Below, one piece after another: positions 1 to 9,301 of a DNA stretch of 64,000 bases (position 1 is the stretch's first letter; every line of letters starts with the position of its first letter). The stretch covers positions 1,344,001-1,408,000 of the forward strand of contig OZ242214.1 of assembly GCA_965206595.1 (NCBI GenBank), given 5' to 3'. The notes beneath the pieces are model-generated. The model was not told the DNA's origin. It worked only from the letters and a program-made list of their open reading frames with translations, and searched no databases. A program made the translations under genes and the position numbers. This DNA comes from Candidatus Latescibacterota bacterium (GTDB lineage: Bacteria; Latescibacterota; UBA2968; UBA8231).

Positions 1-495
1 CTTCGCATCTGCGAGGAATTTGACCGCCGGCGCATTACAGAAGTCGTAGTCTGTGTCATCCTCAATGAGTGCACCCCAATCCACCGCATCTTCATTTTCG
101 GGGATATCGTCAGTCCACCATTTCATGTAGTCCGCTTCGTGAATCTGGATGATGTCCACGTAATCGGTCTGAAGTCGCTTGAGGGAATTCTCGAATTGCT
201 CCATGAGCTGGTCGGCGCTGCGATGACCCTCCAAGCGGGAGCGCTCACGGTTTGTAAATCCCACTTTGGTAGCAAGGATGACCTTGTCTCGTTTTCCTTT
301 CAAGGCGGCGCCCAGCATCGTTTCATCCCTGCCGTCCCCGTAGTTTGCGGCTGTGTCGAAATAGTTCACGCCGTAGTCAATCGCATAATCCACACAACGA
401 TTCACACCATCCTGCCCTTGACCTGCCATAAAAGCAGAGCCGAGTCCGAGTTCACTGACGTTGAGACCTGTCTTACCTAGTATGCGTGTTTTCAT
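1..495 (-). CDS. Aldo/keto reductase (5' part; runs off window start)
   Basis: Manual minus-strand translation from ATG 495: MKTRILGKTGLNVSELGLGS...GVNYFDTAANYGDG...DKVILATKVG...SLKRLQTDYVDIIQIH, classic AKR motifs. The listed 139..480 + ORF is its antisense shadow. Confidence 0.9.
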   Translation of the reverse strand, partial: MKTRILGKTGLNVSELGLGSAFMAGQGQDGVNRCVDYAIDYGVNYFDTAANYGDGRDETMLGAALKGKRDKVILATKVGFTNRERSRLEGHRSADQLMEQFENSLKRLQTDYVDIIQIHEADYMKWWTDDIPENEDAVDWGALIEDDTDYDFCNAPAVKFLADAK

Positions 496-685
496 TGCCG
501 TTGTTTGTACTCGTACTGATTCGTCCAGTTCTTTTGAAAATCGAAACACAAAGAGGCATAGCTTCCAAGCGACCGTTACCGGGTCAGGAAATCATGGAAT
601 TCTGCAACGCATCCGTTACCAGGAATTGCCGGAGCCACCTGTTTCGGGTCCTCGACTTCCGAATAGTCTTTCGATTTCCGCCTGC

Positions 686-2317
686 CTACCTGGCGCTGTC
701 GCACCCCAGGACCATCACCTCGCACTGGTGCAGGGTCGGCCACGGGTCCGGGGTCTGCAGACCCTCGAGTCCGACCAGGACCAGGTTCTCCCCCCTGCGG
801 ACCGGTGGATCCTCCACCACGAGCCAAGTGCCGTACTGGTTCTCCAGCTTGCCGGCGCCGGCGAGCGGAACGTCGCGGCCGTTGACCTGGCAGAAGATCC
901 GCTCCATGCAGGCCTCGCAATCGGTCAGCCGCAGGCGCAGCTCGGTGCCGAGTATGCGGCCGTCGGCGAGGCCGGCTTCGATGTCGTCCTCGATGACGAG
1001 GCTCATCTCGTATCCGGAACCGCCGGTGGCGCGCGCCGGCATGCTCAGGTCGCGGGGAACCTGCGGGTAGTGGTCCCCCGGGGAGTGGTGGACGGCCCCG
1101 CCGAGGGCGGAGTCCGACACCGAATAGCTGCGGTCGCGGCGCGCCAGCCGCTGCGGATCGGCGAGGTCGGCAAGCAGGGCGAGGTGGTCGTCGTTGTACT
1201 CCTCCTCATCGAACGGGGAAGCGCGGTGGTGCCGGTAGTCGTAGTTGAAGACGTAGACCCCGGAGGCCCCCTGCTCGTACCCGTTCAGGGCCGCCCCCCG
1301 CAGGACCGCGGGCACGCCCCGGTCGTAGCCTTCGTGCGGCGAGGTCAGGTGGGTGGCGCCGTCGAAGCCGACGTAGACCGGCACCTCGCTCTCCCCGGCG
1401 CAGGCGACCGCCTCGGCGATGTCGAAACGGGCGGGACAGTAGGAGGAGGAGGAGAGCACGAAGAGGTCGGCCACCGGCTCGCGGATCCAGGCCCGGGCGT
1501 CGATGCCGATGGCGCGGGCTTCGGCAAGGCAGGGAGGTACGCGAGCGATCAGGGAGATCGGCTTTCCCTTGCGTTCCCCGTGGCCGCGCACGATGGCATG
1601 GGCCTCGCGCATGAAGCGCGTGAGGGTGTCGAGGTTGTCGAGCAGGCGCCCCGGCCGGAAGTAGGGGGGGCCGCGCATCCAGTCGACTTCGACGCCGTCG
1701 AAGTCATAGCGCTCCAGAGTCTCGTCGACGAGCCCGAGGAAGCGGTCGCGCACCTCCTCCTGCTCGTAGTCCCACTGCCAGCAGAAGTTCCAGCGGTCGG
1801 CGCCGCCGGCCCGGGTCGGGGTGGGGGAGCCGATCAGCAGGTCGGGCCGCGACTTCTTGTGGCGGCTGCGCACCTGCCACTCGCGCCCCTCGTCCGAGGT
1901 GTGGGCGTCGTTCATGCGCATCGAGGCGATCGCCGCGATGCCGTGCCGGCGGCAACCGCCGATGTAGATCCGCATCAGCTCGCGGCCGTCGGCGATGACG
2001 GCGTCCATGCAGTTGTAGAGCTGCTCGAGGCGGCTGAGCTCGAAGCCGCCCGCGGTCATCTTGCGCACCGGGTTGCCGTCGGCGTCGACGTCGGGGTCGG
2101 GGTCCCAGACCTCGGTGTCGTCTCCCCACATGGCCGAGTGCGGGCTGCCGCGCCAGACGACGTCGTCGTCGATGCCGATGAGCCCGGCGAGGGCGTCGAC
2201 GCCGGCCGGGACCAGGGCTTCGAGCTGGTGGGTGACGTCGCCGGGGTTGCGGTCCGGCAGGTAGAAGAGCATCCAGTTGCCGTCGGTGTTGAAGATCAGG
2301 CGCGGAAGTCTGGTCAT
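686..2317 (-). CDS. GHL10/DUF187-like TIM-barrel glycoside hydrolase
   Basis: LIFNTDG N-terminus, SMRMNDAH, YDFDGVEVDWMR, GASGVYVFNY; paralogue at 24081-25685. Confidence 0.7.
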   Translation of the reverse strand: MTRLPRLIFNTDGNWMLFYLPDRNPGDVTHQLEALVPAGVDALAGLIGIDDDVVWRGSPHSAMWGDDTEVWDPDPDVDADGNPVRKMTAGGFELSRLEQLYNCMDAVIADGRELMRIYIGGCRRHGIAAIASMRMNDAHTSDEGREWQVRSRHKKSRPDLLIGSPTPTRAGGADRWNFCWQWDYEQEEVRDRFLGLVDETLERYDFDGVEVDWMRGPPYFRPGRLLDNLDTLTRFMREAHAIVRGHGERKGKPISLIARVPPCLAEARAIGIDARAWIREPVADLFVLSSSSYCPARFDIAEAVACAGESEVPVYVGFDGATHLTSPHEGYDRGVPAVLRGAALNGYEQGASGVYVFNYDYRHHRASPFDEEEYNDDHLALLADLADPQRLARRDRSYSVSDSALGGAVHHSPGDHYPQVPRDLSMPARATGGSGYEMSLVIEDDIEAGLADGRILGTELRLRLTDCEACMERIFCQVNGRDVPLAGAGKLENQYGTWLVVEDPPVRRGENLVLVGLEGLQTPDPWPTLHQCEVMVLGCDSAR

Positions 2318-3200
2318 CGCGGTCTCCGTTGTTTCGATTATGGGTTCCTGCCGGCGTCAGCCGGCCAAGATAGCTTACCCCCGCAGTCGCGTGAACGGAG
2401 AGCGAACATGTACCGAACCGATCTCGTCCTCAACCGGAACTTCCGCCCGGGAGCTCCCTACGGACCGGAGTAGCGGGCGCTGCTCGACTCGGAGTCGATG
2501 GCCGCGGTCAGGGAAGAGGTCGGTTCCTGGCCCGGGTACGAGCCGACCCCCCTGGTGCGGCTCGACGGCCGCGCCGCGGCCGCGGGGATTGCCCGGTTGT
2601 GGTGCAAGCACGAGGGCCCGCGTTTCGACATCGGCAGCTTCAAGCCCACCGGACCGACCTACGCCATGCTGACCGTGCTGCGCGGCGAGATCGAGAAGGC
2701 CGCCGGCGTCCGCCACGCCCCGACGCGGGAGCTGCTCGACGGCAGGTACGCCGCCGCCGGGGTCACGGTCTGCGCCGCCACCTCGGGCAACCACGGCCGC
2801 GCCCTGGCCTGGGGGGCGCGCATGTTCGGCTGCCGCTGCATCATCTACATGAACGACAAGGTGAGTTCCGGAAGGGAGGCGGTGATCGCGTCCTTCGGAG
2901 CCGAGGTGGTGCGCGTCCCCGGCTCCTTCGACCGGGCGGTGCAGCGCTCGTTCGAGGATGCCGAGGAGAACGGCTACTTCGTCATCTGCGACCGGCAGCG
3001 GCGCTATCCCGAGGTGCCGCTGCGGATCATCCAGGGGTACGCCCTGGTCGGGGAGGAGATCGCATCGCAGCTGCCACTACCGGAAGCCCCCACGCATGTC
3101 TTCGTGCCCGGGGGCAGCGGCAAGCTCGCCTCGGCGGTCTGCGCGCGCCTTTGGGAGCGCTACGGAGAGGCGCATCCGCGGGTGGTCACCGTCGAGCCGG
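2050..3200. repeat. ~1.15-kb direct repeat, copy 1 (GH 5' end, intergenic region, ammonia-lyase 5' part)
   Basis: Matches 9034-10185 at offset ~6985; translations in several frames are identical over most of the 3' half. Confidence 0.95.
2408..3200 (+). pseudogene. Diaminopropionate ammonia-lyase-like PLP enzyme, truncated copy
   Basis: Same start as 9393 (MYRTDLVLN) but TAG at 2471-2473 where the intact copy has CAA; homology stops at VTVEP (3200). Confidence 0.9.
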
Positions 3201-3506
3201 TCTCTCGCCGATGGAACTGCTTGAGAAGCTGGCAGCTTTGGTCCCTCCGCCCCGGTTTCATCTCCTGCGTTACCACGGGGTCCTGGCTTCGCGCGGTGAT
3301 CGCCGTAGAGTTCGCCGCTTGACCTGCCTTCTCGACCCGCCTCCGGCGCCGGCCGTACGGGGGCGTGTCCTCAACGGTCCCTCAGGCCACCGACCTGCGA
3401 GCTCTGACGAAGGACCAGCAAACGACCCTCAGGAATCTGCCGGACCCTTGCGGTGCCCTCGGCGCCTTCGCGGAGAGTCCGCAAAGGTGCCTTGATTTAC
3501 CTATAC
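3201..3506 (+). mobile_element. IS91/ISCR-family remnant: transposase C-terminal fragment plus oriIS-like end
   Basis: LSPMELLEKLAALVPPPRFHLLRYHGVLA (Y2 transposase C-terminal RYHGVLA motif), then ~200 bp ending GTGCCTTGATTTACCTATAC, resembling ISCR oriIS (..TTCCTATAC). Confidence 0.7.
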
Positions 3507-3517
3507 ATCTGACCGAT

Positions 3518-4052
3518 ATGCGCGATGCCGCTATCCTGGCGGTCGCCTCCGACGCCCTGCTCAGGGTCGGCGAGGTGGCCGCGCTTCAGGTCGACGACAT
3601 CGCCTTCGAGGCAGACGGCTCGGGCATTGTCACCATCCGATCCAGCAAGACCGACCAGGAAGGACGTTGAGACAAGCTGTACCTGGGGAAGACCACCGCG
3701 CAGAGAATCAAGGCATGGCTGGAGAAAGCCGGCCTCCGGGAGGGACCGTTGTTTCGCCGCGTCTTTCTGAAGGGCAGCCGCGTCGGCGACAAAAAGATGA
3801 ACTCGGACAGTCCGTCAGATCATCAAAAAGCGGTGCGCGGCCATCGGGATCGTGGGGCACGTCTCCGGCCACTCGCTACGCGTCGGCGGGGCTCAGTCGC
3901 TGGCCGCCGGCGGGGCTTCCCTACCGGAAATGCAGACCGCCGGCCGCTGGGAGTCGCCGCAGATGCCCGGACATTACGCGCGGGGCCAGCTGGCCGCCAA
4001 GGGCGCCGTGGCGCGGATCAAGTACCCTCAGGAGAGGGGGCGAAATGACTGA
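3518..4052 (+). pseudogene. Cre-like tyrosine recombinase catalytic domain, degenerate
   Basis: RDAAILAVASDALLRVGE..SKTDQ..HSLRVGGA..GRW..GHYAR; in-frame TGA at 3668, frameshift near 3810, no N-terminal domain. Confidence 0.85.
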
Positions 4053-5454
4053 TGGCCCTGGCACGGACTCTCCCCCCGGGACGAATGAAACGCTTCCGGC
4101 TTCGCCCGTTCCGGCCCCGCGGATTCTTGACCTGGCTGACGCCCGAGGGAAGACCCTTTCCGCGCAGGTTTGGCGCGCGGATGCCAGTGTCTTCCCGAAA
4201 ACCAAGAGAAAGTACCGATCCGCGCTGGCAAAGTTCGACGAGGCGGTTGCCGACAAACCCGTTGCCGACTCCGTAATCGCGGACTACCTCGCCGACCTGC
4301 ACGCGGCCGGAAAATCACCGGGGACGTGCAACCAGGTCGTTACTGCTCTCAAGTACCGCGCCCGGCTGCAGGGCACCCCGTTGCCGGTCGGCCCCTTAAC
4401 CCAACGGGTTCTTGCCAGGATCTGGAAGTGGCCGGAGGTCCTTTTCGCGCAGATTTGGACCTTCGCCGGCGTCTCCGATCCGGTCACCGACTCCCAGGCC
4501 GCCGGCTACCTCGCGGGCCTGCGCGCCTCCGGACAATCGCCGGCCACGTGCAGCCGGATCCTCGATGGGCTCGAGTTCCGCGCCGAGCAACAGGGCATCC
4601 CGTTTGAGGCCGGTCCTTTGACCCGACGGGCTCTTGTCGGGACCGGTGCCGCGCGGCCCGAGCTATCCGCCAAGGTCTGGGATCTCGTTGCTGCCAGTGT
4701 CGCGGAAAACACCAGGAGAACGTACGGAGCCGTACTGGCGAAATTCGACAGGGCCGTTGCCGGGGCACCTGCCACCGATGCCCTGGTCGCGGGCTACCTC
4801 GCCGGCCTGATGATGGCCGGTATTCGCCGCAAAGGCCGGGGGCGGGGTCGAGGTCAGGTCCAGGGGGTGGATTTCGCGCAAGCCCTCGCCGTGGGCGCCG
4901 CTGCCGCCGAAGACGGATTCCTTCAGGGGCTGCGCGACGCCGCGCTCATTGCGGTCATGTCGGACGGCTTGATGCGCGTCTCCGAGGTCGCCGCACTCCA
5001 GGTCGACGACATCACCTACGAACCGGACGGCACGGGCATTGTCACGGTCCGGTCCAGCAAGACCGACCAGAAAGGAACCGGAGCGGTTCAGTTCCTGGGG
5101 GCTGCCACCGTGGAGAGAATCGAGGCATGGCTGGACAAAGCCGGCCTCCAGGACGGGCCGTTGTTTCCCCGGATGCACCGTGGCGAGACGGTCGGCCAAG
5201 CCGCCCTCAGCACGGTTTCCGTCCGGAATATCATCAAACGGCGGTGCGCCGACGCCGGGATCGAGGGGGACATCTCCGGCCACTCGCTCCGGGTCGGCGG
5301 GGCTCAGTCCCTGGCCGCCGGCGGGGCTTCGGTTGTCGAAATGCAGACGGCGGGCCGCTGGGAATCGCCGCAGATGCCGGGACACTACGCACGGAGACAA
5401 CTGGCCGCCCGGGGAGCCGTCGCGCGGATCAAGTACGGTTACGGTGCTCCGTAG
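4045..5454 (+). CDS. Cre-like tyrosine recombinase with tandemly repeated N-terminal core-binding domains
   Basis: ATG 4045 after a GGAG RBS-like sequence; catalytic R (LMRVSE), K (SKTDQ), HSLR, GRW, Y (GHYAR) all present; three N-terminal SAM-like repeats. Confidence 0.85.
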   Translation: MTDGPGTDSPPGTNETLPASPVPAPRILDLADARGKTLSAQVWRADASVFPKTKRKYRSALAKFDEAVADKPVADSVIADYLADLHAAGKSPGTCNQVVTALKYRARLQGTPLPVGPLTQRVLARIWKWPEVLFAQIWTFAGVSDPVTDSQAAGYLAGLRASGQSPATCSRILDGLEFRAEQQGIPFEAGPLTRRALVGTGAARPELSAKVWDLVAASVAENTRRTYGAVLAKFDRAVAGAPATDALVAGYLAGLMMAGIRRKGRGRGRGQVQGVDFAQALAVGAAAAEDGFLQGLRDAALIAVMSDGLMRVSEVAALQVDDITYEPDGTGIVTVRSSKTDQKGTGAVQFLGAATVERIEAWLDKAGLQDGPLFPRMHRGETVGQAALSTVSVRNIIKRRCADAGIEGDISGHSLRVGGAQSLAAGGASVVEMQTAGRWESPQMPGHYARRQLAARGAVARIKYGYGAP

Positions 5455-5620
5455 GCCGCCCGGGCCAAACCCGTGCGCCCCCCCCCGGGGAGGGGGGGGT
5501 TACACTCCGTTTCAGGGGGTTGCGCTACGTGACATTTGTGATCCAGGGTAGAAATTTCTCATAAAACCCGTTTCAGCCCAGGGGTGGCGGGCTTTTCGCT
5601 GGAGCCGACCCCAATCCCCG

Positions 5621-7358
5621 TTACCGCCCCTTGCTCCACGCTCGCATGATTCGCGGCGTCCCGTACCACGCATGGCAGCCGAAACCCTTGGGCGGATCGA
5701 CCGGATCGGGTATCAGCCCTTCTTCGCGGCAGGCGACCGTCAGTTGCCTACACGCCGTCATGAAGCCCAAAAAGCCCAGATAGTAAGGCTGTCCCAGCAA
5801 GTGTGAAAACTCCAACTCGTCCACCTTCTCGGCAAAAGCCGTTATCGCACCGTCGAGCACGTTGCAGGCGAGTTCGGCGCAGATCGCATCGACCGTTCCG
5901 ATCAACCACTCCTCGTCTGCTCCAGTCACAACCGGCATGCCCAACCGCCAGCGCCCGTTTTCTAACTGAACTAAATAGCTCTCCTCGCTGTATTCCGCCA
6001 ATCTCGATCTCTCCTCTTCGTCCGCGTCGCCGAGCAAATCCTCCTCGCTTATAGGTCCCTCGCACAAGCCGCCGACAAATCGATCCAGGTCTTCGAAGCG
6101 CAGAGACTTTATACAATCGCCTCCGACCATAAGGCGCGGCTCCGCTATACTGCCCATGCCCATGTCGTCCCCCTCCACCTCCACCCCGCCAACCCGGAAA
6201 GAAGGCTCCTTTTCGACACCGCAATGGCCTACCAGATACCAAAAGTCCACCGGCCTGAGTGGATAGGTCAGAATGCGATGTTTACCCCAATTGGGCAGCG
6301 ACGACACTTGCCGCCCCAGACCACGCATGACAATCCACTCCGGCAACGCGATCCAAGCCAGTTCCTCATAGGTAAATCCCTGCCAGCCGCACAACGAAGT
6401 ATGGCTCAGGGCCTCTCTGAGCTGCGGCAGGCGGCGCTTGAGGATGGCTATGCCCTCCCGCACCGAATACACGCTCTCTTCCAGCGACAAGTACTCTTGG
6501 CGCGCCATAAAGAGAAAGGCCGTCTGATAACGACCGGGAAAGGGCTCCTCCAGTATTTCTCCTTCCACCAAGCCCGGCACGATGTCCTGCACATAGGCCT
6601 TGTCGGCATGCAACAGACGGGCTAGTTCCCCAACGCTTTTTGCCCTCTTGCGGCAGAAGTAGAGCAAGCGCCTAGCCAGCAAGCTGTTCGTCTGCCGCAG
6701 CGGATGCAGCGGATCATGCTGGTTTTCGCACTCGCCTATGACCTCGATATTAAGCGTCTCAGGTGTTTCCATTGGCATCGTCGTCTCGGGTGCCATGCTC
6801 TCCAACTCCTTTCTCAATCTTTTGCGCCCCTGGAAGAGTCGGGCCTTCACCGCCCTCACAGAAAGCCCCATCTCCTCGGAGATCTCCATAATGGATTTGT
6901 CCTCTATATGAAAGGCGGTGAAAATGCGGCGCGAAGAGTCCGACAGACTCTGCGCCGCTTCTGCGATGGCTGCCCCTATTTCACGCGATAGCAGCCGCTG
7001 CTCCGGCGTGCGTTCCCCCTCCGCTACCATCGCGTGCCGGGCGAGTAACTGATCCCGGCACTGCTGCTTATCGCACCAGTCGAGTGCCAAGCGATACATC
7101 AGCGTGCGCAGCCAAGCGTGAAAAGCGGCCCCCGTCTGCAACTCGCCAAGCCGACTCCAAGCGCGGACAAAGGTCTCCTGCAACAGATCCTGCGCCTCAT
7201 CGATCTCGCCGCCGCTCAAGGTGCAGGCATAGGGCCATAGCTGTGCCGAATGCCCGCTCGAAGAGCCGCGCAAAAGCCCATTCGTGGCCTTCCTGTGCGG
7301 CGGCCACCAAATGGGCGTCATTTACCGTCTGGCCATGGATTAGCTGATATTCTCGCAT
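5621..7358 (-). CDS. ECF sigma factor with ~370-aa C-terminal extension (frameshift near 7255)
   Basis: Sigma2 (AQDLLQETFVRAW) and sigma4 (SIMEISEEMGLSVRAVKARLFQGRKRLR). A canonical N-terminus MREYQLIHGQTVNDAHLVAAAQEGHEWAFARLFER starts at ATG 7358 in another frame. Confidence 0.85.
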
Positions 7359-7384
7359 CGCACTTTACGCCTTTCTGTCTCCTA

Positions 7385-7412
7385 AGACGGGGCGACGGCG
7401 TTAGAGGTTATA
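7385..7412 (-). promoter_or_regulatory. Putative ECF-type promoter upstream of the sigma gene
   Basis: Minus strand ATAACC-N16-CGTCT, matching the AAC/CGT ECF consensus, ~27 bp before ATG 7358. Confidence 0.5.
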
Positions 7413-7598
7413 TTGGGCGAGAAAAAAATGGCAACAACAGGGGGGTTCACCTTGCGGTGATGGGAGATGGATCCAACTGCAAGAAATTACAACTACAATT
7501 TTAACAGACACTTAAAAGCTAGGCGCCTACAGAGCGGGGCGGGAAGGCTCCCAAGCCTTGATCCAACCGACCCCGGTTACTTAAACTCCCCTTGGAGT

Positions 7599-7646
7599 AA
7601 AAAAAGCGGGCAGCAGTCCCCTGATCGACGATCAGCGACTGCCCGC
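7599..7646 (-). terminator. Intrinsic terminator for the small-ORF operon
   Basis: GCGGGCAG...CTGATCG-A-CGATCAG...CTGCCCGC hairpin followed by T7 on the minus strand. Confidence 0.6.
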
Positions 7647-7665
7647 CAGAGCCGGGGGAGGCACC

Positions 7666-7782
7666 TTACCTGGTCAACGCCTGGCGCAGGTCCTCCAAAT
7701 CGGTGAATCGCATCTGCGCGAGCTCGGCGACCATTGCCAGCCCCTGGTCATCGGCCAATTCGGGAGGCAGGACGGTTATCAT
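7666..7782 (-). CDS. Small hypothetical protein (38 aa)
   Basis: ATGA overlap with the stop of 7779-8147; MITVLPPELADDQGLAMVAELAQMRFTDLEDLRQALTR; ends just before the terminator. Confidence 0.35.
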   Translation of the reverse strand: MITVLPPELADDQGLAMVAELAQMRFTDLEDLRQALTR

Positions 7783-8147
7783 CGTCCCGCTCGACAACCG
7801 GGTGGCCGACGTCGCATTTTGCTGTCCCCAGGAGCTGGCGGGGCAGGCATGAGTCGCCCTGCCTCCCTGCGTAGCGCGAACCACCACGGCCAGTAACCAC
7901 ACCCCCCGTCCGGTTGCTTCAGGCCGACGAGGTGGCCCTTCCGGACTTTCAGTTCGGTGCCGGGGACCAGGGGAACGTGAGGGATCTCCCCGAGGTCCTT
8001 CCGGACGCGGGCGAGGTAGGACTTCGAGCGCTTGTTGGCTAACCCCCCTTGGCGTATCCCTGAGCAGATGTCCGAGCAGGTTTTGACGTGCGGCCGCACT
8101 TTCCGCCGGGCGGCGGGAATGGTTTTTCTGCATTCACTGCACTTCAT
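7779..8147 (-). CDS. Small basic protein with N-terminal CxxC-x17-CxxxC zinc-finger-like motif
   Basis: MKCSECRKTIPAARRKVRPHVKTCSDIC; purine-rich RBS upstream. Confidence 0.5.
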   Translation of the reverse strand: MKCSECRKTIPAARRKVRPHVKTCSDICSGIRQGGLANKRSKSYLARVRKDLGEIPHVPLVPGTELKVRKGHLVGLKQPDGGCGYWPWWFALRREAGRLMPAPPAPGDSKMRRRPPGCRAGR

Positions 8148-8202
8148 ATGTGCGCCCCTTTCCTTTCTTTTTGGTATCCTCTGAGGCCGTCCCGCCCCCT
8201 CG

Positions 8203-8457
8203 TCAAGACAGGGATCCCAGGAGGCGGAAGATGGCGTTGAGGATGCGGCGGCCCAACGGTTCGGTTGGGTTGCGCTCGAGCCACCGCGCTTTGAGCAGCT
8301 CGCTTTCCCGCCGCCGGCGGATTGCGGCCTCCAGATCGGTCGCGGCGGCGGCCTCGAAATCCCGATGCGTAAGGGGTTTCCGTTTCATCGCTTCTCCGTC
8401 TTCTCCGTCTTTGCGGGGGCCGCCCATTCGTTTCTCCTCGTTTCTCCTCATTCCCAA
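8203..8457 (-). CDS. Small hypothetical protein
   Basis: Open frame, charged helical composition, same orientation as neighbours; start uncertain. Confidence 0.4.
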   Translation of the reverse strand: MGMRRNEEKRMGGPRKDGEDGEAMKRKPLTHRDFEAAAATDLEAAIRRRRESELLKARWLERNPTEPLGRRILNAIFRLLGSLS

Positions 8458-8559
8458 AAGATAAGATCGTTTCCCCCCTCGGAAGGTGCCAAGCCCCCGG
8501 TCAGCTCCTCGCCGCCCGGCAGCTCCCGTTTTCCGGGCCGGTCCGAGGGGGAAGGGGAA

Positions 8560-9033
8560 TTATCGGTTGTGGTTGTGCCGCGATTCGGCCCGGTGAAGCC
8601 GCGCCTGCAGCTGCTGGTTCTGCTTGCGTAGCGCGCAGACCCGCTCTCCCAGCGCCTGAACGGCGTCGTGGCGGCGCTTCACAGCGCCCCAGGTGGACCG
8701 CTCGACGGCGGTGCCGGTCGGTCGGCGTTGCCACACGGTGACGGATCCCGTCCTCGTCGGTGAGGGTCAGGGTATCCCCTGCGACCTCGAACTGGAACAC
8801 CAGCTCCTCGGCGATCTCCTCCGCGCTCGGTTCGGAGCCGGTCAGCTCCTTCGTCGCGGCCACCAAGGCGTCCACGAGCAGGTCGATCAGCTCGTCCCGG
8901 GTCAGCCCGTTGAACCGCAGGGTGGCCGGATCGACGACGACCCGCAGCAGGGGGTTGCCCACGTCCCGGAGTAGGTCACGCCCAGAGTGTCCCCGGCTCC
9001 CGTGATGGTGCCGGAGAACGAGAACCGGCCGTC
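8560..9033 (-). pseudogene. 3' remnant of a secreted lipocalin-like protein with TAVERSTWGAVK C-terminal motif
   Basis: Frames join as DGRFSFSGTITGAGDTLGVTYSGTW..EVAGDTLTLTDEDGSVTVWQRRPTGTAVERSTWGAVK, with two frameshifts. Confidence 0.5.
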
Positions 9034-9301
9034 CTGCGGTCATCTTGCGCACCGGGTTGCCGTCGGCGTCGACGTCGGGGTCGGGGTCCCAGACCTCGGT
9101 GTCGTCCCCCCACATGGCCGAGTGCGGGCTGCCCCGCCAGACGACGTCGTCGTCGATGCCGATGAGTCCGGCGAGGGCGTCGACCCCGGCAGGGACCAGG
9201 GCTTCGAGCTGATGGGTGACGTCGTCCGGATTGCGGTCCGGCAGGAAGAAGAGCATCCAGTTGCCGTCGGTGTTGAAGATCAGGGGCGGAAGTCTGGTCA
9301 T
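9034..9301 (-). pseudogene. 5' fragment of the GHL10-like gene (duplicate of 2050-2317)
   Basis: MTRLPPLIFNTDGNWML..VRKMTAG, then homology ends. Confidence 0.9.

Noticed and set aside
2471-2473. In-frame TAG as pyrrolysine or readthrough
   Set aside because: The intact copy has CAA (Gln) here and this copy is truncated anyway.
461-2473. Long ORFs such as 461-2473, 24054-25793 and 60686-63685
   Set aside because: Antisense or off-frame shadows of recognisable genes, expected in high-GC DNA.
3668-3670. In-frame TGA in the recombinase as selenocysteine
   Set aside because: Aligns to Gly in the paralogue (KGTGA), not Cys, and the gene is also frameshifted.
7560-7590. dif-like or lox-like site (TTACTTAAACT; also TTTTAA-N7-TTAAAA near 7500)
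   Set aside because: No matching XerC arm and no second copy; too short to support.
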